Of a DNA stretch of 64,000 nucleotides, positions 20,881 through 30,478 are shown in pieces (position 1 is the first letter of the stretch; the number at the start of each line of letters is the position of its first letter). Under the pieces are notes generated by a model that ran no database searches, was not told where the DNA came from, and worked only from the letters and a program-made list of their open reading frames with translations. Position numbers and translations under genes: made by a program. Origin of the DNA: a bacterium (GTDB taxonomy: Bacteria > Chloroflexota > Dormibacteria > Aeolococcales > Bog-877); NCBI GenBank assembly GCA_021791415.1, contig JAJYWQ010000064.1, positions 91,446 through 155,445 on the forward strand, given 5' to 3'.

Positions 20881-22989
20881 GTGGTCCTTGCCGGACACCT
20901 GCTCTCGGCGGGGACCGCCGCGGCGCCCACGGCACAGCCCACCCCGCCCCCCAGCGCGGCGGCCGCCTCAGCGGGGAGCGACAGCCAGCAGTGCGGCGGG
21001 ATCACCGACCCCTTCTGCTACGTCATCGATGCGTTCGTCTCAGGGCCGGTGGCCATCATGGGCAGCCTCGACGGAAGTCCCGACCCGGCCCACGTCGACC
21101 CCCTGACTGGGGCGGTGACCTCGGGCCCGTGGCACCTGATCACCACTCTCGTGGGCACCAACCCGGTGGTGGACAACTACGACGGGAGCCTCGGCGAGCC
21201 GGCTCATGAGTGCGGGTCATCCGGCTGCATCCCCTGGGTCCAGGAGATGAACGCCGTCCTCGAGCCGCTGTCCCTGGCACTCATCGTGATCGCCTTCGCG
21301 CTCCAGGTGTCGCTCTTCATGGCCGGACAGCAGCTCAACCTCAGGTCGGGCATCGTGCCCTGCCTGATCGCCGCCGCGGTCCTCGGGGCGGGACTTCCGC
21401 TGCACCTCGCTGGCCGCGTCATCGACATGGGGAGCTGGGTGTCCCAGGGGATCCTGGGGGCCACCTTCCACCGGCTGGGGGGCGCCGGCGCCGCCCCGCT
21501 GGACATGATGACCGTCCTCGCCATCACCGCCTACTGCCCGGAGGACAGTCCCATCATCCACCCGGGCATCCACCTCTCCCTGCCCGGCCCGAGCCCGCGC
21601 CAGCAGGTCCTGGTGGATCCCTGGATGGACCGGTCATTCAAGCAGTCTCACTGCATCGGGGCGTCCAGCCCAGACTTCACCAAGGAGGTCCTGGACCGCA
21701 GCGAGAACTTCTTCGGCCCCCCCCTCCACGACGCCAACTGCGACCGCGGAGACGCATCCCCCGGTCAGCCCCTCTGCACCAACACCGACAACCAAGTCAA
21801 CAACAACCAGGGCCAGAACTGCCTGGAGGGCAGCGGCGGGTCCACCGTTGGGGCGCTCCAATTGGGGGTGCTGCCGCTGCCGGGCGAGCCTCGGGCGGGT
21901 GACGGGCAGAGCCCGGCCGACTGTCGCTACGCGGACATCTATTGGGGCACGGTGCCCACCTTCACCGATGTCTGGGCGGGAGTTGGCCCCCATGGGCGCA
22001 ACGGCTACGACGTCCCCGACGGGCTCATGGGGATGGTGGCGTTCACCGCCCTCACCGGGCTCGGCCTGTGGCTGGCGCTGACCTACCTGGCCCGCTTCAT
22101 CGTCCTCTCCCTCCTCGCGGCCTGCTCCAGCCTGGCCTTCGTGGCGCTGGCGCTGCCCGGAGGGCGGACCCTCTTCAACCGCTACTGGGCCACGATCGGA
22201 GCCCTCTCCGCGGTAGTTGTGGTCCAGACCCTGATCTTCCTGGCCTTCGTGGCGGTGGTCTCCACCGTCTCCGGCCTGGCCCCCGTGGCCGCGCACGGAT
22301 CCTGCCCCTTCATCTCCCCGACCTCCCGTACGGGCTGCGCCGCGGCTCAGGGCGGACTCCTGGCCGAAGTGGGCAGTGGCAACCCCGGGGACCAGTTCGC
22401 CAAGTGCCTGCTGGCGGCCGTGACAGTCTTCCTCATGGTGGAGGTGCCGGGCCGCATCAGCCGGGGCGAGATGTCCACAACCCGCCGGGTCCGCGCCCTG
22501 GCCGAGCTGTCTGCAGGGACCGTGCTTGGCGGCTCCCTGCTGGCGGCCAGCGGCACCCTGCCCCAGGCCCGGCGCTACGGCTCCCGCTGGGGTGGGCAGG
22601 CCGCCCACGCCCTGGGGCTGCCCGGGCGACCGGAGGAGGACCTCGCCAGAAGGCTCGAAAGTGCGGTGCCCGGGGCGGGCGCCCGGTGGCCGACTGTGGT
22701 CGGACGGGAGTCGAGAGAGCAGTTTCTCGGTCGCCAGCTGCTGCGGGACGGAAGCCGTCAGCAGGAGCTCGGCAGGCTGACCAGCTTCAGCCCGGACGAT
22801 CTGGCGGCGATCAGGGCGCTGCCCGAGGGGACGGAGCTGGCGGAGGCACTCCGCGCCCTTGGGGCCCAGTACGCGGCCGCCGGAGGTCCCGCGGTCCACA
22901 GCCTGGACGTGGCCTACCTCAATGCCCTGCGGCGCGGCAGACTTCGGCCCCAGCCGGGCCCCCCGCGGGACCAAGCGAGGCGAGCATGA
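20881..22989 (+). CDS. Polytopic membrane protein, VirB6/TrbL-like (set A), with a Cys-rich extracytoplasmic domain
   Basis: Roughly 7 TM helices. Hydrophilic Cys-rich loops. Sits between the pilin-like and VirB3-like genes. The start is uncertain: a possible non-canonical start near 20857 would give a signal-peptide-like 'RRRSAAAVVLAGHLLSAGTAAAP'. The upstream part of track ORF 20392..22989 is an artefact. Confidence 0.5.
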   Translation: MVLAGHLLSAGTAAAPTAQPTPPPSAAAASAGSDSQQCGGITDPFCYVIDAFVSGPVAIMGSLDGSPDPAHVDPLTGAVTSGPWHLITTLVGTNPVVDNYDGSLGEPAHECGSSGCIPWVQEMNAVLEPLSLALIVIAFALQVSLFMAGQQLNLRSGIVPCLIAAAVLGAGLPLHLAGRVIDMGSWVSQGILGATFHRLGGAGAAPLDMMTVLAITAYCPEDSPIIHPGIHLSLPGPSPRQQVLVDPWMDRSFKQSHCIGASSPDFTKEVLDRSENFFGPPLHDANCDRGDASPGQPLCTNTDNQVNNNQGQNCLEGSGGSTVGALQLGVLPLPGEPRAGDGQSPADCRYADIYWGTVPTFTDVWAGVGPHGRNGYDVPDGLMGMVAFTALTGLGLWLALTYLARFIVLSLLAACSSLAFVALALPGGRTLFNRYWATIGALSAVVVVQTLIFLAFVAVVSTVSGLAPVAAHGSCPFISPTSRTGCAAAQGGLLAEVGSGNPGDQFAKCLLAAVTVFLMVEVPGRISRGEMSTTRRVRALAELSAGTVLGGSLLAASGTLPQARRYGSRWGGQAAHALGLPGRPEEDLARRLESAVPGAGARWPTVVGRESREQFLGRQLLRDGSRQQELGRLTSFSPDDLAAIRALPEGTELAEALRALGAQYAAAGGPAVHSLDVAYLNALRRGRLRPQPGPPRDQARRA

Positions 22990-23360
22990 CGGACGCCGAG
23001 GTACCCCAGCCGATCTCCGACGTGCCCAGCCGGTGGGGAGGGCTGACCACGCCCCAGCTGGGCTGGCTCGGCGGTGCGGCCGCACTGCCGATGATCCTGG
23101 TCCACGCGCATTGCGGTCTGGCAGCGACTGTCACCGGGGCGGTGCCGTGGGCGGCCGGCTGTGTCGTGCTGGGCTTCGGCAGCTGCCGGGGCCGCCGGCT
23201 CGATGCCTACCTTCTTGACGCGGCGCGCTTCCGGACCCAGCGACGGCGGCTGTGCCACCCGGACGTGTCGGCGTCGCCCCAGGAGTTCCGCGCCGTGGAC
23301 GGCTCGGAGCGCTGGCCCCTGGCCTGGAACGTGCCCTCAGGAGCCCCGGCCGAGCGATGA
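22986..23360 (+). CDS. Small membrane protein, VirB3/TcpE/PrgI-like (set A)
   Basis: 125 aa with a two-TM hairpin ('LGWLGGAAALPMIL...AGCVVLGF'). ATGA overlaps with both the upstream and downstream genes. Immediately precedes VirB4, the canonical VirB3 position. Paralogous to the ORF at 36657. Confidence 0.5.
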   Translation: MTDAEVPQPISDVPSRWGGLTTPQLGWLGGAAALPMILVHAHCGLAATVTGAVPWAAGCVVLGFGSCRGRRLDAYLLDAARFRTQRRRLCHPDVSASPQEFRAVDGSERWPLAWNVPSGAPAER

Positions 23361-25558
23361 GGTTTCCCCCGCGCTCGGGATCAACCCTGGACCTCATCGA
23401 CCTCGCCTACCTGGAGGGCGGCGTTGTTCGCCTCCGGGACGGGCGCCACCGGGTGGGGCTGGAGCTGGCAGCCCTCAACCTTCTGCTGCGGTCCAGCGCC
23501 GAGCGGCAGCTGATCTGGAGGCGCTACTGGCGGGCGCTCTCGACCCTCTCGGGGCCCGTCTCCCTCTACTGCTTCTCCCGGCCCCTGTCCCCCTCCACCC
23601 AGCCGGCGGCCACCGCCAATGGGCGCCTGGACGCCGAGTACTCGGCATCACTTCTGGCCAGTGGCCAGGTCCACCTCCGTCACCACCTGGCTGTGATCTG
23701 GGACGACTCCTCCGCGAGCCTGCGGGGGGCCCTGCCAGGGAGACTCCGCCGAGGAGGAGCCCTTGACCTGGACCAGCGCCGGAGAGCCGTTGCGGCGGCA
23801 TTGGCCGGCCCTGGGCTGCGTCCCCGTCCCCTCGAGGACGGGGATTGGCTGCGCCTGCTGCAGGAGCTGACAGGTGGGCGGAGTGGACGGCCCACCGCCA
23901 GCTTCGCCAGCTGGGTGGCGCCAGAGACAGCCACGGTGAGGCCGGACCGGCTGGAGCTCTCGGACCGGGTGGCCCGCAGCCTGGTCGTGCGCGGCTTCCC
24001 CCGCCGTCTGCAGCTCGGCTGGCTAGCCCCTCTGGTCCTGGCCGCCCCTGGCCCGCTCCGGATGGCTCAGCACCTGTACCCGGTGCCCAAGGTGCACAGC
24101 CTGAGCCATCTGCGCCGGCGTATCCGCACCTTCGAGACCGGGCTGGAGGTGGACCGGCGCCAGGGTCGGCGCCCGGATGCCGGCACCCGGGCAGCACTCG
24201 AGGACGCCCTGGCCCTCGAGGAGCGGGTCCTTTTGGAGGAGGACCACCTGATGCGGCTGGTGACCTGCGTCACGGTGGAGGGGTCCAGCACGGCGGAGAT
24301 GGAGCTGGGGTGGGAGCAGGTGGTCAACACCCTCATCGAGCTTGGATGCACCCCGGTTCCGCTGTTCAACCGCCAGGCGGACGGGTGGCGGGCAACGCTG
24401 CCGCTCGGTGTGGACCCCCTCGGCTGGTCCCGGGACATGACGGCGGCAGCCACCGCCACCGCCATCCCGTTCCTGCGGGCGACCCTGGATGTGAGGAACG
24501 GGGTGCTGCTGGGGCCCAGCCCCAGCACGAGGGAGCTGGTGACCGTCGATCCCCTGGCCAGCTCCAACCCCAACCGCAACGTCCTGGTCCTGGGGACCTC
24601 CGGCGGTGGCAAATCCTTCACCTCCAAGTTGCTCGCTGCCCGCCTCTTCCTCCAGGGGTGCCGGCTCCGCTGCCTGGACCCCGCGGGGGAATACCTGAAG
24701 CTGGGGGCACTTCTCGGAGCGCGCTGCCTGGACCTGGGCGCGACCGGCGAGCCCGGCCTCAATGTTCTCGGTCCACCTGGCCAGGAGCCCGAGGGGCGGG
24801 TGGAGCGGGCCATGCCTCTGCTGACGCGGCTGCTGGGGTCGAGCCGGTCGGCCGCCGCGCGGGCCTCCCTGGAGGCCATCGGGCTGGCCGCTCTGACCGC
24901 CCTGCGGCTCCAGCCCGCTGAAGCTGGCCTCGCTGAGGTCTTGGAGCAACTGGAGGCGTCGGGCCAGGGGGAGCTCGCAGCCGGTCTGCGGCGGCGGGCT
25001 GCCGGCCCTGGTGCCGGCGTCTTCCAGGGCGCAGGCGGAGTCGGCGGCGATGACGCCCTGGTCATCTCCCTGCGCCACCTCCACGCCCGGGAGGAGCTCC
25101 TGGGGGCAGCCATGGAGCTGGTGCTCTGGCACCTCGAGGCAGACCTCGAGCACCCGCACTCCCGACCCACCCTGGTGGTCGTGGACGAGGCGGAGGTCCT
25201 GCTCTCCTCCCCATCGGGAGCGCGCTTCCTGGAGAGCATGGCCCGGCGGATCCGCAAACTGGGAGCCGGGCTGCTGGTGGTTTCCCAGGTGGTCGAGGAC
25301 TTCCTCAACTCTCCCGTGGGCAACGTGGTGATTCGCAACTGCCATACCAAGCTGCTGCTCCGCCAGGAGCCGGTGGCCCTTGCCGGGGTGCGGCGCGCCT
25401 TCTCGCTCTCCGAGGCGGAGTGCGAGCTCCTCCGAGATGCGGAGCCAGGGTGCGGGCTGGTGCTGGCGGGGGATGAGCATGCCAGCTTCCGAGGGGGAGC
25501 TCCTCAGGCTTGGTGGCCGGCCCTGACCACAGGTCAGCTGGCCGCGGGCTCCCCGTGA
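23357..25558 (+). CDS. VirB4/TrbE/TraC-family T4SS ATPase (set A)
   Basis: Walker A 'VLVLGTSGGGKSFTSKLL' followed by 'CLDPAGEY' (the DPxGE motif of VirB4). Walker B 'LVVVDEAEVLL'. 'LLVVSQ' motif. Confidence 0.85.
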   Translation: MRFPPRSGSTLDLIDLAYLEGGVVRLRDGRHRVGLELAALNLLLRSSAERQLIWRRYWRALSTLSGPVSLYCFSRPLSPSTQPAATANGRLDAEYSASLLASGQVHLRHHLAVIWDDSSASLRGALPGRLRRGGALDLDQRRRAVAAALAGPGLRPRPLEDGDWLRLLQELTGGRSGRPTASFASWVAPETATVRPDRLELSDRVARSLVVRGFPRRLQLGWLAPLVLAAPGPLRMAQHLYPVPKVHSLSHLRRRIRTFETGLEVDRRQGRRPDAGTRAALEDALALEERVLLEEDHLMRLVTCVTVEGSSTAEMELGWEQVVNTLIELGCTPVPLFNRQADGWRATLPLGVDPLGWSRDMTAAATATAIPFLRATLDVRNGVLLGPSPSTRELVTVDPLASSNPNRNVLVLGTSGGGKSFTSKLLAARLFLQGCRLRCLDPAGEYLKLGALLGARCLDLGATGEPGLNVLGPPGQEPEGRVERAMPLLTRLLGSSRSAAARASLEAIGLAALTALRLQPAEAGLAEVLEQLEASGQGELAAGLRRRAAGPGAGVFQGAGGVGGDDALVISLRHLHAREELLGAAMELVLWHLEADLEHPHSRPTLVVVDEAEVLLSSPSGARFLESMARRIRKLGAGLLVVSQVVEDFLNSPVGNVVIRNCHTKLLLRQEPVALAGVRRAFSLSEAECELLRDAEPGCGLVLAGDEHASFRGGAPQAWWPALTTGQLAAGSP

Positions 25559-26235
25559 ACCCCCGGCGCCTGCTGTCCGGCATGGGGCCCCTGCTGGCCC
25601 TGGGTTGCCTGGTCCCCGCGGTCCTTGGGGCCAGCCTCGTGGGGTTGCTGGGGGCCGGGGCAGCGGCCGCCGGGTGGCCCGCGCTGGGTGGCTTGCTCCC
25701 CGATCCTGGAGGGCTGGTCCTGCGGCCTGGAGAGGTGGTCCTGGCGAGCTCGCCCTCCTTCCCGGAGTGGGCGGCCCCGTGCGGCCCCGAGCCGGGAGCA
25801 CTGGCGGTCCAGCCCTCGGCCTGCACCGGACATCCTGAGCCGTTCCCGGCCAACTACCAGGGCTTCTCCACGGGTCAGTGCACCTGGTATGTGGCCACCC
25901 GCCGGCTGGTCACCTGGCACACCCCTCAGGGCCTCCTGGGCGGCAACGGGGGACAGTGGCTGGAGCTGGCTTCGGCGGCGGGCTATGCGGTCGGCGTCTC
26001 CCCGGAGCTGGGGGCCATCGCGGTCTACGGAGACCGCGGCCCTGGCCACGTGGCGTTCGTCGTCGGGGTGGGCGCCGACGGGTCGTACACGGTGGCGGAG
26101 TCCAACTGGGCGCTCCTCGGGCCCGTCCCGCCCTACGTGGACCTCAGGGGGGTCGCGGCCGGAGCTACCGGGAGCGCGACCGAGACACTCCTGGGGTTCG
26201 TCTACGGCCCCGCGGAGCTGCCGTCCCCATCCTGA
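25555..26235 (+). CDS. Secreted CHAP-domain peptidoglycan hydrolase (VirB1-like role)
   Basis: Signal-peptide-like N-terminus. CHAP Cys 'GQCTWYVATRR' and His 'GHVAFVVGV'. GTGA overlap with the virB4 stop. Confidence 0.75.
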   Translation: MNPRRLLSGMGPLLALGCLVPAVLGASLVGLLGAGAAAAGWPALGGLLPDPGGLVLRPGEVVLASSPSFPEWAAPCGPEPGALAVQPSACTGHPEPFPANYQGFSTGQCTWYVATRRLVTWHTPQGLLGGNGGQWLELASAAGYAVGVSPELGAIAVYGDRGPGHVAFVVGVGADGSYTVAESNWALLGPVPPYVDLRGVAAGATGSATETLLGFVYGPAELPSPS

Positions 26236-26254
26236 CGCTCCGTATGCTGAGACG

Positions 26255-27508
26255 GTGGAGGCGGCTGCAGAACTGGGCACCGGGAGGCGGGCGCGGCGGC
26301 GCGCGCTGGGCCTTGTGGCCACGTCGCACGCCGGCCAGCACATGTACTCGGGTCTCCTACCCCTGACCTACCCGGCGATCCTGGTCGACTTCCACCTCAA
26401 CTACGCCACCTTGGGGCTGGCCGTCGGGGTGATCGGGGTGGTGGGCGGACTCACCCAGGCCAGCGCCGGGTACGTCGGCCAGCGGGTGGCGGCCCGTTGG
26501 ATCCTCGGCTGCCAGAACCTGGTCGTGGGGCTCTGCGCCATTCTCGGCGCGCTGGCCCCCACCTACCCCCTGTTTGCCACCGGTCAGGGGCTGGCGCTCC
26601 TGGGATCGAGCCAGCAGCACCCGGTGGGGAGTTCGGTGGCGGCCCGGGTGTACCCCGACCGCCGGGGAACCGCTCTCAGCGTCGCCACCATCGGGGGAAG
26701 CGTGGGCTCGCTGATAATCCCCATCCCGGCGGCCCTGCTCATCGCCAATCTGGGCTGGAGACCGACCCTCCTCATCCTGGCCATCCCCCTCTTCCTGCTC
26801 GGACTCCTCCTGCTCCTCACCTTTCCCGCGGTCCCCGGCGATCGAGGCAAGGGTGTCCCCCGGCCGAGCCTGCGTCCCCACCTGCCGAGGATCCGGCGCG
26901 ACCAGCTGGTCGACCCCCGGGTGGCGATCTTCGGGGTTGCCGCCGCGACGATCGCCGCTGGTGGTCGTGGGCTGGGGACTCTCAACGCCTTCATCCCCCT
27001 CTACCTGCGCAACGGAGTCCACCTCCCCGAGGCCACGGTGGGGGTGGTCTTCAACGTGGTCCTGGTGGGGGCGGTGCTGGGACCGATCCTGGGCGGGCCG
27101 CTCTCGGACCGGCTCGGACGCATCCCCGTGCTGTGGGGCGCGTACGCGCTGTCGGCGGTCGCCGTCCTGGCCTTTGGGCTCGCTTCGTCGCTGCCACTTG
27201 CCGGCCTGGCGGCACTGGCCCTGATCGTGGGGCTGGTGGCGTATGTTGAGAACCCGCTGCTCCAGGCCCTGGTGAGCGACAGCATCGCCACCTCCGCCCA
27301 GGCTGGGATGTTCGGCTTCTACTTCGCGCTCTCGTACGGAGTCGGGTCGCTCTGGATCGTGGCCATCGGCCAGGTCATCCAGCACCTCGGCTTCTCCGCC
27401 GGCTTCGGCGTGATGGCCGGCTCGTACGTGGGAGCGGGCCTGCTCCTGATCCCCTGTGTTGGAAGGACTCGGAGCCGCCCGTCCGCCGGCGGCCAGGCCG
27501 CCAGGTGA
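26255..27508 (+). CDS. MFS transporter
   Basis: 12-TM architecture with typical MFS loops. Start set at an in-frame GTG. The upstream part of track ORF 25625..27508 is an artefact. Confidence 0.75.
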   Translation: MEAAAELGTGRRARRRALGLVATSHAGQHMYSGLLPLTYPAILVDFHLNYATLGLAVGVIGVVGGLTQASAGYVGQRVAARWILGCQNLVVGLCAILGALAPTYPLFATGQGLALLGSSQQHPVGSSVAARVYPDRRGTALSVATIGGSVGSLIIPIPAALLIANLGWRPTLLILAIPLFLLGLLLLLTFPAVPGDRGKGVPRPSLRPHLPRIRRDQLVDPRVAIFGVAAATIAAGGRGLGTLNAFIPLYLRNGVHLPEATVGVVFNVVLVGAVLGPILGGPLSDRLGRIPVLWGAYALSAVAVLAFGLASSLPLAGLAALALIVGLVAYVENPLLQALVSDSIATSAQAGMFGFYFALSYGVGSLWIVAIGQVIQHLGFSAGFGVMAGSYVGAGLLLIPCVGRTRSRPSAGGQAAR

Positions 27509-27899
27509 GACCAGGCAGGCCGGGCCCAGCCAGACCCATCGTGAGTCGCGAGCCACCGGGACCTGCAGGTCGGGGAGGGACAGCCTCCGCCCCTTCGCAG
27601 ACGCGAGCCCGTCGCCCGGCCGGGCCGGCGAGAGTCCTGGCCGCAATTCGATTTGGGGCTCCGTGGCCGGGGCTCTGAGCGACCTCAAGGAGCTGGAGGC
27701 TGCCGCCAGCGAGGCGAGATCCGTTCTGCGCCGCCTGGAGCGCCTGCACGGCCGTCTGCAGGGAACGCAGAGCGCCGACCTCCTCCGCCAGGCCGAGGCT
27801 CTCATGGATGGCGGACGGCAGCTGCTGACCCAGTTGGAGACGGAGAGGGCCGAGGCGCGGGCGCGACTGCGCGGGCTGCTGCGAGAGGGGGCGGACTAG
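27456..27899 (+). CDS. Hypothetical small coiled-coil protein (start uncertain)
   Basis: The C-terminal ~80 aa ('LSDLKELEAAASEARSVLRRLERLHGRLQ...') look protein-like. The N-terminal half is low-complexity. Confidence 0.25.
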   Translation: MLEGLGAARPPAARPPGETRQAGPSQTHRESRATGTCRSGRDSLRPFADASPSPGRAGESPGRNSIWGSVAGALSDLKELEAAASEARSVLRRLERLHGRLQGTQSADLLRQAEALMDGGRQLLTQLETERAEARARLRGLLREGAD

Positions 27900-28464
27900 G
27901 TCCTCGAGGTCGGCCCGACCGCCCCGCCGGGCCGGCTCAACCGATCCCACTCGGCGAGCCCGGAGAGGTCAGGGCGGTGCTCGCGGACCATGGTGACCAG
28001 GGTGTCGGCCGTTTGCCGGTCCAGGCGCAGCTTGATGCCGTCGGGGGGATTGCGCCGTAGGACCTCCAGGTTGCGCCGGCCGCCCCAACCGGATCGGTCG
28101 ATGCGGTAATCGCTGCTGTTGAGCTGGAAGACCACGATCCGCTGGCCGGGGATGGTCACCTCCACGCCCTCCAGTCCCGACCAGGTGGCGGTCACACTGC
28201 AGCCCTTGGTGATCCTCCGGACTCCCAGTTCTCCCACGTAGACCGCGTTCTGGCCCTGGCCGACGTAGGAGAGGACGGCCGACAGCAGCGCCCACATCTC
28301 CAGCACCAAAAGCCAGCCCCAGCTCCCGGTCAGCAGGGCGAGTACCACCCCGACCGGGATCATCAGCAGCGCCAGGACCCGGGCGGCACTCCAGGCGGCC
28401 CGCCATCGCTCCTGCGGCGAGGGGCGCAGCCGGACTTCGGCGCCGGGCACCGGCCTCTCCGTCA
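27896..28464 (-). CDS. Membrane protein with bacterial PH (YdbS/DUF304-like) domain
   Basis: A two-TM hairpin followed by a PH-like beta region. Start chosen at GTG (VTERPVPG). The upstream part of the ORF is an Arg/Gly-rich artefact. Confidence 0.5.
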
Positions 28465-29328
28465 CCGGTGGGCCCCGGCGCCGGAGGCGCCGACCAGCCA
28501 GCCGCCCGCGATCGCTCCCGCCGCCAGGACCGGGAGCACGAACGGGTACTGCCCGGGACGACGCTCGGCCTCCAAGAGGACGCGGTCGACGGCCAGCAGC
28601 CCAAGCCCCGCGCCCGCACCCCGCAGGGCCCATGCCCGAGCCGCACCGGGCGAGCTCAAAACGCTCAGCGCCGCCGCTCCCGTTAGGGTCGCGTGAGCTC
28701 CGAGGCGGCTCCCCCGCACCCCCAGCAGCACAGGCAGGCTCCTGCGCCCGGCCGCCCGGTCCCGGGCGGCGTCCGGCCCCCCGTTGGCGAGGTGCAGCGC
28801 CAGCCCCATCAGGCCGGCCATCGCCATCAGGAGCCGGGGACGTACAGGCGGCAGACCCAGCGCCGCCGGTCCCAGCAGCGGCACCGTCCCGATGCCGACC
28901 GCGAAGGGGGCCCAGGAGAGCGGCGTGCGGCGAAGCCAGAGGTCGTATGACCAGCCGCTGGTCAGCCCCAGCGCCATGACCCGAAACGCCCGGCGTCCCG
29001 CCAGCGCGGCCACCAGAAGCGAGCCGGCGCCGGTGCCGAGGGCGAAGGCCAGGACGGCCCGCCGGGTCACCTCGCCACGGGGGATCGGCTTGTAGGGCTG
29101 GTGGATCAGATCGGCCCGATGATCGGCGACGTCGTTCAGAGATCCGGTGCTGACCTGGGCCAGGGCCATCGCCAGCGCCGCCAGGAATGCCGGAGTGCGG
29201 GGTCCATCACCTCCCTCGGCACGGGTCGCGGCCCACCCGGAGAGGGCTGTGAACGCGGTGCAGGCCAGAGATGGGCCCAGGTGGGCTGCGGCGACCCAGC
29301 CCCTCAGAGACCGGCTCCGATTTGGCAT
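28462..29328 (-). CDS. UbiA-family prenyltransferase
   Basis: 'NDVADHRAD' (NDxxDxxxD) motif and multi-TM architecture. Confidence 0.75.
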   Translation of the reverse strand: MPNRSRSLRGWVAAAHLGPSLACTAFTALSGWAATRAEGGDGPRTPAFLAALAMALAQVSTGSLNDVADHRADLIHQPYKPIPRGEVTRRAVLAFALGTGAGSLLVAALAGRRAFRVMALGLTSGWSYDLWLRRTPLSWAPFAVGIGTVPLLGPAALGLPPVRPRLLMAMAGLMGLALHLANGGPDAARDRAAGRRSLPVLLGVRGSRLGAHATLTGAAALSVLSSPGAARAWALRGAGAGLGLLAVDRVLLEAERRPGQYPFVLPVLAAGAIAGGWLVGASGAGAHR

Positions 29329-29360
29329 GCTCCCATGATGGTGGACCAAATGGGCGAGCT

Positions 29361-30416
29361 GTGAGGGGCGGGCGGGCGCGGCTCCTGGCCGCGGTGCGAC
29401 GAGAGCAGGTCGACGCCACCCCGGTGTGGTTCATGCGCCAGGCAGGCCGGTCCCTGCCTCAATACCGGGAGCTGCGGCGGCGCTGGGGGCTGATGGAGAT
29501 GGTGCACCAGCCGGAGCTCTGCGCCGAGGTCACCTGCATGCCCGTGGAGCTCCTGGGCGTCGACGCCGCCGTCCTGTTCGCCGACATCATGCTCCCCCTG
29601 GAGGGGATGGGCGTGCCCTTCGAGCTTCGGGAAGAGGTGGGCCCCTGGGTGAATGACCCTGTTCGCAGCGCCGCGCAGGTGAGGGCGCTGCGGAGCCCCG
29701 CGGTCGGGGAGGCCTACCCCTTCCTCCTGGAGGGCATCCGCATCGCCCGGGAGCGGCTTGGAGAGCGGGCGGGCCTGATCGGCTTCGGGCCGTCTCCGTT
29801 CACCCTCGCCTGCTACCTGGTCGAGGGCCATGGCAGCCGCGACTACCCGGCGCTCCGTGGGCTCCTGCGCGGGGAGCCCGAGCTGTTGGCGCAGCTTCTG
29901 GGCACCCTCACCGACCACCTGGGCGACTACCTGTTGGCCCAAGCGGAGGCCGGCTGCGAAGTCGTCCAGGTCTTCGACAGCTGGGTCGGGGTCCTGGACG
30001 AGAGGGCGTTCCGGGAACACCTCCTGCCCCACCTGCGGCGCCTCTTCGACCGGCTTCGGGGGAGGGTGCCCGCCATCTACTTCTCCACCGCCTCGACCCA
30101 TCTCCTGCCCGCCTTCTCCGACCTGGGCGCTGCCGGGATCTCCGTGGACTGGCGCGTGCCGCTGGACACCGCCTGGGACACCGTGGGCGCGGACCACTTC
30201 CTGCAGGGCAATCTGGACCCGGCAGCGTTGCTGGCTCCGTGGGAGCGCCTGCGGCCGCTGGCCGCAGACGTCCTGGCCCGGGCGCGGGGGCGGCGGGGCC
30301 ACGTTTTCAACCTCGGCCACGGCGTCCTGCCCGAGACCGAGCCGGCCCAGCTGCGGCGGCTGGTGGAGTACGTCCACGAGTTCGGTGGGCGGGAGGGCCG
30401 CCCGCTGCCAACTTGA
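29361..30416 (+). CDS. hemE: Uroporphyrinogen decarboxylase
   Basis: 'PVWFMRQAGRSLPQY' signature. GTG start. Confidence 0.85.
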   Translation: MRGGRARLLAAVRREQVDATPVWFMRQAGRSLPQYRELRRRWGLMEMVHQPELCAEVTCMPVELLGVDAAVLFADIMLPLEGMGVPFELREEVGPWVNDPVRSAAQVRALRSPAVGEAYPFLLEGIRIARERLGERAGLIGFGPSPFTLACYLVEGHGSRDYPALRGLLRGEPELLAQLLGTLTDHLGDYLLAQAEAGCEVVQVFDSWVGVLDERAFREHLLPHLRRLFDRLRGRVPAIYFSTASTHLLPAFSDLGAAGISVDWRVPLDTAWDTVGADHFLQGNLDPAALLAPWERLRPLAADVLARARGRRGHVFNLGHGVLPETEPAQLRRLVEYVHEFGGREGRPLPT

Positions 30417-30421
30417 CCGTG

Positions 30422-30449
30422 GCGGGGGGGATCGGTTAACTTCCCCCCC
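30422..30449 (+). terminator. GC hairpin (G7-ATCGGTTAACTT-C8) immediately after the hemE stop
   Basis: Inverted homopolymer arms read directly in the sequence. No U-tract follows, so this is an I-shaped terminator candidate. Confidence 0.35.
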
Positions 30450-30478
30450 CGTAACGCACGCGCTATGTGGGAGGACGT

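Noticed and set aside
19023-25558. Type VII (ESX) or Tad/type II secretion identity for the ATPases
   Set aside because: The ATPases carry VirB4 (DPxGE after the P-loop) and VirD4/TraG hallmarks. There is no FtsK-like triple-ATPase EccC, no WXG100 genes and no TadA/CpaF secretion-ATPase motifs.
24023-25801. 592-aa and 427-aa minus-strand ORFs
   Set aside because: Antisense to the VirB4 (set A) gene. Pro/Arg/Gly-rich.
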